From contig NC_058135.1 in NCBI RefSeq assembly GCF_016433145.1, positions 106,927,860 to 106,991,859 on the forward strand: a DNA stretch of 64,000 bases. The letters run 5' to 3'. Of this stretch, positions 37,314 to 50,650 are shown piece after piece (the stretch's first letter is position 1; each line of letters begins with the position of its first letter). A program made the position numbers and the translations under genes. The stretch is from Gracilinanus agilis. Its lineage: Eukaryota. The notes below the pieces were generated by a model. That model ran no database searches and was not told the DNA's origin. It saw only the letters and a program-made list of their open reading frames with translations.

Positions 37314-38662
37314 GTGAGTTCTATGACTCATCCATCACACCTAGTTTAAGTTTGTTTTTCTTTATATTCACAGCAATGCAATTTCGCCACCAAGAGGCCA
37401 AAATTAATATTGCAATGGTAATTTCAGTGGAGTTTTCTGAGCTTGTTTGTATTTGGTTTTAAAACACCATCATTGTGATTTAGATTTGTTTTAGGAAACT
37501 TACTTATTTTCAGAGGCCTACATAATTACATGACAGCTTGGCATAGGACACCTGTATGTCCATGTCTTGTCTTGGGTACTTTAATAAATTCTTTTAATCT
37601 AATCATTGATGGTTTCCCCCTCCACCTTCCCCAGTGAAAGGATGGGGGAAAAAAAAAAGCAGAAGGCAGACATTTTAAAAGAACGATTTCACACTCCGGT
37701 CTGAAAAAGAACCTCCATTTTTTCAACACTTTAAAAGATTTGATTTTTATGTCAGGGATTTCCCCCCACCTTCTTTTAAGCCACAACTTAAATTGATGTG
37801 ATTCCATTTGTTTCTGACACCTGTGTATAAATCCGATGAGAGTTCTGATGTACCAGAAGGGAAAACTTACATGGAGAAATTCATGCTTGAGAGAACACTG
37901 GTTAGCCTGGATTTGTCATGACAAAATAGACCCTTGAAGCTTTCCTGCTGCGGCAAAGATATAATCCAATTAGTAGGGAAAGAATCTTCAATAGCTATTT
38001 TGGCTTCATAAGTAATAATAATACAGACCAATATAAGCCTGACCAAAGACAATTTTCTAAGATACTTTTGCTTTTCCAAGGCATTATAATTTCTTGTTCC
38101 TATGCTTTTAACAATTCATGACCAGTTTCTTTTCATGGATAAAAACATATACTGTGGTACAAACTAAACATGTAGAAAATCAGGAATAGTCAGTTGTTGA
38201 AAAATGTGAAAAATAATGGCTTTCTTATTCGGGCAAAAGGCTTCATAGCTGAAGATATTCAAATATAGAAGAAAAAATTTTGCTTCTGACTTAAAGGAGT
38301 TAAAATTCTTCCGTGAATCATATTTTTTAAATGCTTCTCCTCCACTCCCACCCCTCCAAAAAAAAGTGAAAATGATGACCAGGATCATGAAACATTCATC
38401 ATATGTGAAATTCATTACAATATCCCTTTATTAAAATTGTGAACATGTAACAAACCCTTCATTCCTCGATTTAAGGAAAAAACGGTCCATCAGAAATCTC
38501 TACAGAATTTATTTATAAAAACACAGGCAGACAACCTGAAGCCCATGTAATGTTATAAATACAATTCTGGGATTAGGCTGATGGAGCTTTCTGACTTTTC
38601 ATTTAAAATGGTCAGGTTGCTGTCACTTTGCTCCTCTTCTCATCAATTCTTATTAAATTCAG

Positions 38663-38723
38663 GATACAAGGAGTGGAGTTACCGGGAACAAGGGAGGGTA
38701 CCAATATGTCAGATTCATACTGA
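38663..38723 (+). other. Candidate terminal exon (IQGVELPGTREGTNMSDSY*)
   Basis: Acceptor TTCTTATTAAATTCAG; phase compatible with the 37209-37313 exon. Confidence 0.2.
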
Positions 38724-38792
38724 TTTTTCAAAGCTCTTTGGGGATATTATTTTTTTTTATTTCTATTTCCCCATCTCTATAAAATATATTAA

Positions 38793-38823
<31 letters not shown>

Positions 38824-39519
38824 AAGCCTCTTCCTTTGCTATCAGGAATTAAACACAAAAGCTAACAAGAACAGTGACCCAGGAAGCCCCCCCTTGTCCA
38901 CCAAAGCTGGCTGTCTAAGGGTTAGTTGTGCCCTAAGCCCCAGTGGAAAGTTCATAGGGAAGAATTTCCTATCTTCTCAAAGGTTTTGTAAATGCAACGG
39001 AGGACATCAATAGGGCATTAACAGTAACCCAGAGGATATCACAAATCTGTGCATTAATATGAAATATTTAATTCTAGGTAAGATTCTACACTTTCCAAAA
39101 TTGGAGTAAAATAGTTTTAAAAACCTTGGACTCAAAGCAGGAAAACCGAAATCTCCTTCAGTCCCGGTTACTAAGGAAGCAACAGTGGCTTTGCCCAAAA
39201 GTTCTGACCTCTCTGGGTCACACTTTCTTCATTGTAAAAAGGAGGGGACTGGACTCTTTTCAAAGCTCATTGTAGGAAGGACTTTTCAGTTACCACATAT
39301 ACATACCAAAGGGAGGAATGTGTCTAAATTGGGAGGAAGAGATGACCTTGCTTGCCCCTGGGCTTAGCTTTTGTTCTAAAGCCTTTCCCACTTTCATTCA
39401 TTTGCCTGGTAGAACAAAATGATTTGTAGACTGAAAAAAAAAAAAAAAACCTCTAGGGACCTGGACCCCGGAGTCCTCGGTATTTTTTTGGAAGGGCTGT
39501 CTCTTAGTTGATGCTGTTA

Positions 39520-40700
39520 CAGTTTACTCAATCAACAAGCTATGGGGGCATAAAGGGGGGAGAAAAACAAACTCTGCTCTTGAGCTCACAGTCTAATGAG
39601 GAGAGGATATAGAAACAGCTATGTGCAAACAACGGAGTGCAGGATGATCTGGAGACAGGGAAGGAGAAAATCATTAGCATTAAGACTGAATAGGAAAACT
39701 TTTTTTTTCGCAGGAAGTGGGATTTTAGCTGAGCATTGAAAAAAGCTGGGGAAGCCAGGAAGAACAACAAAGGGAGGAGAGAAGAAGCAAGGGACGAGAG
39801 AATGGAGGAAAGAACAAAGAGGAAAGGAGAGAAGAGAGAAGAATAGAGTTGAGGAAACACGGGAGAACAAAGGAGAGAAGAGGAAAAGAGGAGAGAACAG
39901 AGGAGTGGAGAAGAAAGGAGAACAAAGAATAGGAGAGGAGGAGAAGAGGAAATAAGAGAAGAAGAGAGGAGATAACAGAAAAGGAGAACTGAGGAGAGGA
40001 GAATAAAGGAGAGAAGAGGGAGAATAGAACAGAACAGAGAACAGAGGAGAGGATAACAGAAGAAAGAGAAAAAAGAAGAGAACAGAGGAAGAGAGAAGAG
40101 AAGAGGAGGGGAGAATAAGACAGAACGGGAGAGAGAACAGAAGAGAGAAGAAAAGAAAAGAGGACAGGAGAAAAGAAAAAAAGAGAGGAGAGAGAACAGA
40201 GGAAGAAGAGGAGAGAAGAAAAGAGAAGAGAAGAGAAGAGAAGAGAAGAGAAGAGAAGAGAAGAGAAGAGAAGAGAAGAGAAGAGAGGTGCACAGAAGGG
40301 AGGGGAGTAAAGGAGGGAACTTCAGGCATAGAGTATATCCAGGGGCAATACATAGGAGGAACAAGGAAGCCAATGTCACTGGATAGAAGAGAATGGGAAA
40401 ATATGGATGGGATCCAATAAAGTGCAAAAACTCTGAAAAGGTAGGGAAGAGTCAGGCTTATGAAGGATTTTAAAAGTCAAGCAAAAATTTTTAGATTCTG
40501 GAGATAACAGTGATTGGGGTTTACTGAAAGGGAAGGGGAACACTGTAAGACCTGTGTTTTAGGAAGATCATTTTGACAGCTGAGAGGAGAAAGGAGCAGT
40601 ATGGGGAAGAAGCAAGGACACCAACTAGAAAGTACAGTTGTTAAGAAGGTAGAATTGACAGTCCTTGGCAACAGATCGAATTTGTGGCATGACACCTAGT
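39520..40700 (-). mobile_element. L2 fragment split by a purine-rich tract
   Basis: CAATCAACAAGC...CTCTTGAGCTCACAGTCTAATG on the left and GTGTTTTAGGAAGATCA on the right are typical antisense L2 3' sequence. Confidence 0.6.
39771..40287. repeat. ~520 bp polypurine (GAA/GAG/AAGAG) low-complexity tract
   Basis: Almost entirely A/G; ends in perfect (AAGAG)n at ~40221-40285. Confidence 0.97.
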
Positions 40701-41459
40701 TTGTGGGGATAACACCAAGGTTGTGAACATTACTAGAGAAGTTAGGAATATAACCAGTTCCAAATACCTACTTATCACCGACACATGTATCATAATCTTT
40801 CTAATAATACTAGAATGAAAATATTTTGTTAAATCAAGGATAAACATTGGAATGGCTAAAAAAAATCCCCAAAACTATTGTATATGAATGTGATGAAAAA
40901 TTACAGTAAGAAATGACAAAAATAAGGAATTGAAAGAAATATGGGGAGGGTTTCATGCATCTCTTCTTTAGTCTCCCTGTGGTCCAATCAGCAAGTGGGC
41001 TTTTTTTCTGTTTCATGTTCTCTGATCCTCAGTCATGGCACTCTATCCTCTGTCTTATGTCTTTCTATTGAATATTCCCAATGTCTGGAATGTATTCTTT
41101 CTTCCCCTCCACCTGTGTAGTTTTCTTCAGGGCTCTGCTTGTGTCTTACCTTAACTGAGGGATTTTCTCCTAACTTCTCAACTGCTAGTGCTCTCCTCCC
41201 AAAATCACCTTTAATCTTTTTTGTGTAAAACTTTCATAATGCCTACATGTGTTCTTTATCCTCTCAATATAATATAAGCTCCTAAAGACAAAGGCTTCAT
41301 TTTTTGCCTTTTGAAAAAAAATCTCTGAACCTAGTAAAGTGCCTGGCAAAAAGTAGGCATTTAATAAATGCTTATTAATTGATTGATTTTGCTTGGCTTG
41401 AACTATTTGCCACATGAGTTGCAGTGAGGAGGAAATTATATGATGAATGTGAAAATACC

Positions 41460-41710
41460 AATAATAGTTAACATTGACACAGCACTATAAGGTTTGCAAA
41501 GCACTTTACAAGTGTCATCTCTCATTTTATTCTCATGACAACTCAGAAATAAAGAAGTTATTATTGTCCCCATTTTTCAGATGAGGAAACTAGTAAACTA
41601 AGGCTGAGAGCCTAAGTGACTTGCTCAAAATCACACAGTTCATAAGTGTATGAGGCAGGATTTGAATTAAGGTGTCCCTGACTCTATCCACTATAGCACT
41701 TATCACCTAT
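41460..41710 (-). mobile_element. MIR-type CORE-SINE
   Basis: TTTGCAAAGCACTTTACA...CAGATGAGGAAACT...GGATTTGAA. Confidence 0.75.
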
Positions 41711-42553
41711 GAAATTTATTTTGTTATTTTTATTTTTATTTTATCATTATTTAAAATGATAAATGTAAATTGGCATGACAGAGAACTGGGCTTAGAGATA
41801 ATAGGATGCTGGTTTCTAATTTCACTGCTCTGTTAGCTGTGTGACTTCTCTGAGTCTCTTCTATCATCTATTAAATGGGGATAAAAACTACATCATATGC
41901 TTTAGAATTCCATATAGATGTCCATTGTCCTTATTGGTCCTTCGGTGACTCCTAGATTACATCATTGAGGGTACTTGATCCATCCATGCAAAAAGCAACC
42001 CAACCTATGCATTTGTCTATTTAGTAAATGACTGGCACCCCAAATCTCATGACCTGTTGGTAAACCTGATGGAAGTCTTGTTATTGTGATAGTATAAACC
42101 TGCCTAGCCAATAAAATGGGCAGCATGATATGGCAGAGTTAGAGTTAGGAAGATAGAGGTCCAAGCCCAGTAAACATTAGCTGTGGGATCATGCACAAGT
42201 CAATCATCTCTCAAGAATTTCATCCACTCACTCCCCTACTCCTTGCTAGAGGTTTGTAGGTTGAGACTTGGAGCCTACTCAGACACCATTGCTAAGTGGT
42301 CCCATTTTTACAGTTGTGAATGATGTTATACTTTCTAAATAAAATGATCATAATTTTGTTTAAAAACAAAACAAAAGAAAACAAGTCAATTCATCTCTCA
42401 ATGTCCAGTGTAACTTTCTTAAACTATTGAGTCCCTGAATACATGGAGAATTGTATTGATAGAAGGAATTTCCACATAGAGAATTACTACAGTGATGAAA
42501 TCACAGAAGATCTGGACCAAACACACGTATACCCATATACATATCCCAACTCC

Positions 42554-42556
<3 letters not shown>

Positions 42557-42608
<52 letters not shown>
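42557..42608. repeat. (CA)n microsatellite
   Basis: Perfect AC run. Confidence 0.98.
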
Positions 42609-42613
<5 letters not shown>

Positions 42614-43086
42614 AACAAATAAAGGAACAAATAAAGCTGATGGGATGGAGGAAGGTGAGGAGAAATGCCAGAAAATCAGCTACTCGATAGGAAAAAAAAA
42701 GGAACTAATGTGTGTTTTAATATTCCTTGTTTCACTTACACTGGCACACAGATGAGGAGGCTTCAAGAGTGTCACCCTTAAGCATGAAGGACAACTGTAA
42801 GTGTACACCAGGGGAACAAATATGTTTATGTACCATATGTACATATGAACAGTCAACTAACAGAGGCAGCATCAACCGTGTCACCCTCAAACACGAAGGA
42901 CGGCTAAGTGCACACAAGGGGGACAGTGATATCTATATGCCATATGTGCCATCTGAATAGCAAATTCATGAAAACTGAGACATATTAAAAGTTTTCCATT
43001 TTAAAAACTTGTTCCATTTCCTGTTTATTTTTCTTTTCCCTTTCCCCCCACCCCCCTCTTATAACCTGTCGCTCACATTTCATTAC

Positions 43087-43266
43087 CTTGCAACTGCAGT
43101 ATCTGGAGGAATTCAATAGGCTTATAGATTGGGACCTCTAGTGGAGATTTGAAGGCTCTAATCCTTTTTTGTATTGTTGAAAATAGTGTTCCTGAGGAAG
43201 GGATTTGAAATACATTTGGGAAGAGCTGGGGCCAAGTGGTATAAGTCAAAGTTATTCTCTTGTGAT
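43087..43266 (-). other. Candidate 180-nt exon
   Basis: Acceptor TCATTCTTTGATTTTTCAG and donor CAAG|GTAATG; phase 1-1 frame open (HKRITLTYTTWPQLFPNVFQIPSSG...LQILQLQ). Protein not recognised. Confidence 0.4.
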
Positions 43267-43889
43267 CTGAAAAATCAAAGAATGATTTCTTCGCTAGTCT
43301 TTTCGTCCTATGTATTGATTCGGTCAGATTATCTTGCTTATATGATCGAGATGTGCTATTGCAAATCAACTTTTGTAAGATCCTCCTTTTGATTTATTCA
43401 CAAAGGAGGCACATGCACTTTACTGGTATTTCTGAGCTTGTTTTTGAAAATATGAGAAGGCAATAAATCTAAACTCATAAACTCTCATGATTAAGAGATC
43501 CATCAGTATTTGACATGTTAAATATACTCTTGTTTTGAGTTATCAAGGCTAAGATTTTGGCTTTTCTGTGAATTAATGAAGACACTCTGATTGATTATTT
43601 TTCTATTTATCATATTCTTCTTCAAGTCTTGCTTATTAGAAACCCTATTATTTGTTCCCTTTGATGTTCAAATGTGCTTTAATTATTTTTGTTACTCATT
43701 TTTATTCATTACAACTGGCAAGGAAAATGGATCTCTCCCCATAATCCCTCATCAACACATTGTCTGGTGAATTGACCTATGCGGTATTCACGAAATGTAA
43801 TATTCCTTGTATCCAGAAACACTGATGAATTTTTTTGGAGAGATTGTAGTTTAATTTAAAGGAGAGTTCAGTGAAATACAATAAACATT

Positions 43890-44100
43890 TATGGAGCATT
43901 TTTAATATGCAAAGCTCTGTGCTAGGTGCTTGGGATCTCAAGTGCCTTTTGAGTTAGGTATTATTATTATTATGTCCATTTTTCAGTTGAGGAAACTGAG
44001 ACAAAGGTTAACCAACTTCCGCAGGGTTACATAGCTAGTAAAGTCAGATGTGAGCTCAAGTCATCCTGACTCTAGGTCCAACATTCAATCCACTGTGCCA
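43890..44100 (-). mobile_element. MIR-type CORE-SINE
   Basis: CCATTTTTCAGTTGAGGAAACTGAG...CAGGGTTACATAGCTAGTA...CCTGACTC. Confidence 0.7.
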
Positions 44101-44975
44101 CCAGAAACTTGGAAAGAAAAAGACAAGAAAGAACAAAACAAAACAAAATACGGTCCTTATTTTTGAGTCATGTATTTTATTGGAAGAGTACAACATAAAC
44201 ATATGCAAGCAAATACAAAGTATATATGAAGCAAGATAAAGTAATGTCAAGGAGTGAGGTAGAGTTACATGAGTGTTAACAAATGGTAATAGTTTCCTCT
44301 AAGACCTGGGACCAGGACTGTACTTAGAGGGTGGAGGCAGGAAAGAAGTGCATTCTAAACATGGAAGACCAATCTGTAAAGCCAAGAACTTATCAGAGGG
44401 AGGTTTTTCTTCCTCTTCTTTAAGAGAAAAAAAAAGTTAGCAATTGATGGTTCTTTGTGTTGAGAAGAAAATGCTTAACACTTCAAAGTATGAGCCAAGG
44501 AAGACCAGGTATTTAGGGGTAGGAAGAAAAAAAGATAAAAGAGCCAAGAATATGGTTTGAAACAGAAAAAAAAGTATGAAGAAGACTAGAATTAGGAAGT
44601 GATTAGATTTGGGGGGCAGTAAATTGAGGCAAGGCTTAGTAGTAAAGAGGTATTTGTGTGATGCCAATCAATTAATTATCAAAAAAACGTTTATTAAACA
44701 ATACTCTATGCTAGGCATTTTGATAAGTGCTGGAGAAACAAAAGCAGGCAAAAAAAAGAGACAGTCCCTGCCCTCAAGGAGCTCATAGTCTACTGAAGGA
44801 GACAGCATACAAACAAATATATACAAAGCTAGCTTTCTTTATATAGGATAAATAGAAAGTAATTAATAGAGGGAAGGCAATAGAATTAAGAGGGGTTGGG
44901 AAAAGCTTCCTGTAAAAGATGGGATTTTAGTTGAGGCTTAAAGAAATTAGGGAATTCAGTAGGCAGAGTTAAGGG

Positions 44976-45062
<87 letters not shown>
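44976..45062. repeat. (GA)n microsatellite
   Basis: Near-perfect GA run. Confidence 0.98.
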
Positions 45063-45064
<2 letters not shown>

Positions 45065-46087
45065 ATTCCAGACATGGAGACAGAGAAAATTTCCAGAGAT
45101 TAGAGATTGAACGTCTTGTTCATGGAACAGTCAGAATGCCCCTATCACTGCATCAAAGAATACATGGAGAAGAATAAGGTGTGAGAAAACTAGAAAGATA
45201 GAAAAGGGCTATGCTATGGAGAAAGAAATGACAAACCACTCCAGCATCATTGCCAAGAAAACTCCAAATGGGGTTGCTAGAGTTGAATACAATTGAAATG
45301 AGTAAAAAACAACAAAAATATCCTGAAGGGTTTGTGAATGCCTGAGTATTTTTTATTTGATCCTGAAGGCAAAGGAAGCTAATGGAGTTTATTGAGTAGA
45401 GAGGTGACAGAGTTGTAATCACTGAACCACCATCATCACCATCACTTCCTTACTTTTGACCAGACACTATATATGGTGAACTGAACTTTTTTGGTCAAGA
45501 TATAGCTCTAAAGCAATTAGACATTGTTGACAGATAAGAATAATGAAGACAGAAATCTAGGATAGTGATCACTAACCTTTCCTCTCTGGATTACATTTTG
45601 TCATGTTTTGAATCTGTTTGTGCTAAGCCAGAGAGGATTTCAGGGATAGATGAGAATGACTAACCCTAATTCTAAGGTAGCTATTATGGAAAGATATGCT
45701 CTCCAGCCCAGATGGGGTAAAGAAAGAACCAAGAACAACAACAAAAACAGAACTAATCTTCTCCAGAGATCTGTCTGACTGGCTATGTCAGTTCCATGAA
45801 GTAGAATCGCTGAAATAATTTTCACTTTTCCTTAAATCAGGCCAGGTTGTAGCCATCAGATCTTAGCAGATTAAAAGTCAAACAAGGCAAAAACGAAGGC
45901 TTATTAGAAAACATCTCGTATCTAATGAGGATAAGGCTTATTAAGGGGATCATGATAACATCCTTAGAAAACATGAATTGTCCTTCCAGAGGGATCCTTC
46001 ATGAATGGGCTTCTTATATTACCTCATACAGCATACCTGTGCCTGTTAATTCTCCCCCTGATTATATATGTGTGGGATTGGGTGCCT

Positions 46088-46332
46088 TATGTATGGCTAG
46101 GTGGTACAGTTGATAGAACGCTGGGCATGGAGACAGTAATATATATGTCAGTTCGAATTTGACCTTAGACACTAGCCACGTAAGTCTGGGCAAATAACTT
46201 TACCCTCCTTCCCTCAGTTTTCTCATGTGTAAAATAAGCTGGAGAAAGATATAGCAAACTACTCCAGTATCTTTGCCAAGAAAACCCCAAATGGGGGCCA
46301 TGAAGAGTTGGACGCAACTGAGCCACAACAAA
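46088..46332 (+). mobile_element. Mar1-type SINE (CORE plus RTE-like tail)
   Basis: tRNA-like head, CCTCAGTTTTCTCAT.TGTAAAAT, tail CTCCAGTATCTTTGCCAAGAAAACCCCAAATGGGG...GAGTTGGAC.CAACTGA. Confidence 0.8.
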
Positions 46333-46559
46333 AATGCTAGAGAATATTCTATTGCAAATAATATAACTAAGTTATTTTTGGAAATGCCTTTGATTTGACC
46401 TTGGAAAAGTCACCTCTCTGGACTTCAGTTTTCTTATTTTTTAAATGAGAAGGTTTGACTGATTAACTGCTAAGGCCTCTTCCAATTCATTGTACACCAC
46501 TATGGTTTTTCAAGGTGCACTTCCTAGAGTGTGCCTACCTGACTTGAAAGACTGTTAGT

Positions 46560-47640
46560 TTAGGTGACATATCATTAGAAAGGTCCAGAACTGGTTACAT
46601 GGCTGGATTTTTTTTTATAGTCATTAATGGTTTCATATCAACCTTGAAAGTTGTCTTTGGTTGAATGTCTTGGTGCCTTTGTGCTTGGTACTACTGTGTT
46701 GGGCATTTTTATCAATGATGTAGAATAAAGACATAGATGTTATGTGCATCAACATGTGTGTTAATATATGTACTATAAAATGTATATTAGATATGCATGT
46801 GATGTGGATGAACATATATTAATACTCAAAATTCATGCATTATGCTTATTAAATTTGACAATGATTCAACTTTAGGAAGAATAAAACCAATATCCTAGAT
46901 GATAGTCAAGAGGCAAAAATTTCTAAACACACAGAAATAATAAGCAAAATCTAAATGAGATGATGTTTCATATGGGAGAATGAAAGTCTTATAATATCAC
47001 ATCAGCTCCACAAAAACAAAATGGGACAGGTTAGGGTCAGAGAGAAGTCTTTCTGAAAAAGATTTGTGGGTTTTAATGAACCACAAGCTCAAAATAAGTT
47101 GACAACATCATATAGCATTTTAAAAGGTCCCTAGATGACTAGAGCTACTAGTTCCCCAGGATTATGCTCTGACCAGACCATATCTGTAATATTGTGTCCA
47201 GCTTGAGACATACAGTGTTAGGAAGACTAATAATCTTGAGAACTAGTCTGTTCCAAAGAAGGGTCAGTTGAAGGACCTGGCAGTCTTTTGCCTAGAAATT
47301 ATAGGGAATTATAGGGAATTATAAGGAAATTATAGCTGTGTTTGCTTGGAAGATTGTTATGTGAAAATGAGATTACATTTGTTCTTACTGTCTCCAGGAG
47401 GTAGAATTAAGTAAGAATAATGGGTGAACATTGCAAAGAGACAGATTTGGGCTTGAAGTAAAGAAGAAGCTTCCTTTATAATTAGAATTATACTCAAGTG
47501 AAATGATAGGTATTTAAATTTTGAATGTTTCCTTATAAGGTAATGAGATTTCCTTCAATGGAAATATTCAAGAAGCAAAATGGATGGATGACCATTTCTC
47601 CCATGAGTGGTAGTGGACATTCATTTGAGGGGACAGGGTA
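46560..47640 (+). mobile_element. L3/CR1 RT and 3' fragment
   Basis: 47055-47099 translates EKDLWVLMNHKLKIS; GACCAGACCATATCTG.AATATTGTGTCCAG (RPHLEYCVQ-like) follows. Confidence 0.8.
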
Positions 47641-50451
47641 GATTAGATGATACTTGAGGTCATTTTAAGCTTTAACATTCTATAATTCCAAGTCCTATAT
47701 TTGAAATCAGGAAATCTGGATTTGATTCTGAGTTCTGACATTAACTAACTGTGGAACAAAGTCAATTTCTCTCCTCTGACATTCTGTTTCTTTGACATAA
47801 CTCATAGGTTTGTTGTGGAAAGTGCTTTGTAAAACAAAATGTATGCTATAGAAATATGAGTTATTATCATTATTTTCCTACCATTTCTACTACTATTATT
47901 AACATCATGATTATAGTCTACCTGCCTAGTGAGTCAGAAAATTTCAGATTTTCATTTTTGTGTGTGTATATATGTAGAGAGGTGTGGCATAGGGAGAGAA
48001 ATAATAGCTGAACCTTCTGTTGAGGTTTAAATAGTAATTGGAAAGGGTAAAAAGATGCAGAGGCATGAATCAAAAAAGACCCCTTATTTTCACCCACCTC
48101 TCTGTTGTTTCTGGAACCTGGGGAGTCCCATTCCAAGGGATTGGGGCAGAGAGGGTCCTAGAGAAGGACTGCTCTTTATAAAGGGGCAATTCAGAATGTG
48201 ATTTCCTAGGGAAACAATGTTAGAAATGCCAGCGAGGTGCTATACCCTATGAATACTATAGCTCAGCTGTAGTACAGCTAAAATAGACCTCTGTGAGCAA
48301 TCCTGGGAACCTGCCCAATGTTTATAACAGTGTTTCTGTACAAAAATGAATTCCCAATTCCAAACAACCAATTTGAAAAGTTTTGGAACCCAACCTGTTT
48401 GTAATTGTGAATGTGTGTAGTTATTCTTCTCACTGTTTATCATAAAGTATAACTGTTATACTTTTAAAGGGTACAATACTTGCATGATGACAAGTAAATC
48501 ATCCTGCTAGTAAGGGTGGTTGTGTGTGGGGTGAAGAGAGAGTTCTACAGGAATTTAGGTGGAGCCATGTTATTTCTGGGGCTATAGCTGTAGTTGATTC
48601 TGCCGAGCCCTTTAGTGCAAGTATGGAAGTCATGGTGCTAAAAGCAATAGAAACCAATCACATATTTATTATATTTTTTCTTCTGACTTGTAGAGAAACT
48701 ATGTAGAATTTTTTTCTTCAACTGAATAAATCAGTATATTTTCTTTTGCAAAAAATTCCAGGAAAATACTTGCATTTCCATCATTTTAATTAATATTTAG
48801 AAGTCTAATAATAACACTTTAGGGAAGTTTGTATGGCACATAGTCCATGGTAAAAGGGGAGGAAATGATATAAGACATTGCTCCTTCCACTAAGGTGGTT
48901 GGAATGATAAAATATAATAATAACAATAAATTATATCCTTCACTTTAAATTATTGACAATATTATTAAACTTATGAAAGAATTAAACTGAAAATATATTA
49001 TTTAAAAAGAAAAATATGTCAGGACATTTTATAGCATTAATAGTCATTTTTCTCACATTCATTTTTTAAAATTTAAAGATTTTCGAAAAAAATAATCGAA
49101 TAATTTCATTAAAGTTTTATTTAAAACAGAGTTTCAATTTGGGCAAGGTAGAAGAGTTTAAGGGTGTCTCTTAATGCAGCAAGCCCTCAGCATTTTAAAA
49201 GAATATTAAGCACACCAAAGAAGAAACCAAACAATTAAGAAAAGAGAAAGAAATAAAATTAAGTGCCTGTAAATGAAATTCCACAAAAAAGAAAAATAGC
49301 CAAGTAAAACATGACTTCACTATTGACTTTTTACAAGATTTAGTGCTATGGAAACCTGCCTCTCTTCCAACTCTAAATATGAATTGTGGGGTCCATATTG
49401 TAGCAATGACCCCAGAGACAAGGGAGGATTAAAACTAAAATAAGAGTAAGCTGAGGATAGGACTAGACATTACCCAAAAGCCTTCTTATTGTAATCTAGC
49501 AGAATATTCCTTCAGCAGAAGTTCGACCAAATCCTTACACTTTTTCACAAGAAAAAAGTTTAGCTCTTTGCAGAAGTGAAAAGCAGGGAATAAAACAAAT
49601 GTAAATTTTCTAAAAGTAGCAGAAAAAAAATCCACTCCTAAAATAATGAGAGGTGAGAAGAAGGGATCTAGGGGAGACCTTGGATCAAACTCTAGTAGAA
49701 GAGAAAAATTCAGAAGAAATACAGAAAAGGGAAGAGAATAGCCATAAGACTCCCCCAAAAGGATAGCAGGTCAAATAAAAGAAATAAAAAACTTTTAAGT
49801 AGTAAAATAGGCAGTCTAAAACAAAGTCTGAGAAATTTTAGCAAATCAATGAACAAGTAAATTGTTAAAAATCATGGAGGAAATGAATCTCAAATAATCA
49901 GCTATCTAAAAAAGAAATATTAAAGCAAAGTCAATGACTGCAAAATTGAGAATGGGAGAGAATCTATCATCAAAAAACATTTGACCAGGAAAACAGAGAT
50001 TGGTGATGCAGAAGAAAAAAAAAAACTCCACAACTTAACATCATATTTTTAGACATTATAAAATAAAAGCACCCATAAGTATTAGAACCAGAGTATAGAC
50101 TATAGCTTGAAAACACACATCATCATAAGGAAGAAAAATTAAATATTAAATATCAAAAAATGTTTTCTTCAAAACCCCAAATTCTCAAGTCAAAGGGAAA
50201 AATAAAGGATACACACAATTAAAAAGATTATAAGTATCCAGGAACCCAAGTCAGAATCAAATACTACAAATGATCAATCATGTAAAAGGAAGGAAAAGCT
50301 TGACATGACTTGTGTAGTGGAATAACTTATCCTGAAATTTTAAGGCTATTTCAGGGGAAAATGATAACAGAATAATTATTGACTTCTGAACATTACTGTT
50401 GAGGCATATAGAAAGCCCTTTAAATGGCAAATATAGTGGTCAAGATAAACA

Positions 50452-50650
50452 TTTAAAAACTCCTTACCTTCCGTTTTAGATTTGATACTGAGTATCTGTT
50501 CTAAGGCAGAAGATCAATAAAAGCTAGGCAATTGGGATTAAGTCACTTTCCCAGGATCACATGACTAGAAAGTGTGTGAGATCAAATTTGAATCCAGGTC
50601 CTTCTATCTTCAGGCATAGCACTCTATTCACTGAGCTACCTCACTGCTCC
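50452..50650 (-). mobile_element. SINE1_Mdo-like SINE
   Basis: CCTTACCTTCCGTTTTAG...TGAGTAT..GTTCTAAGGCAGAAG...CAGGATCACA...TTTGAATCCAGGTC. Confidence 0.7.

Noticed and set aside
39540-40427. 295 aa and 244 aa Leu/Ser/Phe-rich ORFs
   Set aside because: These are translations of the polypyrimidine strand of a simple repeat.
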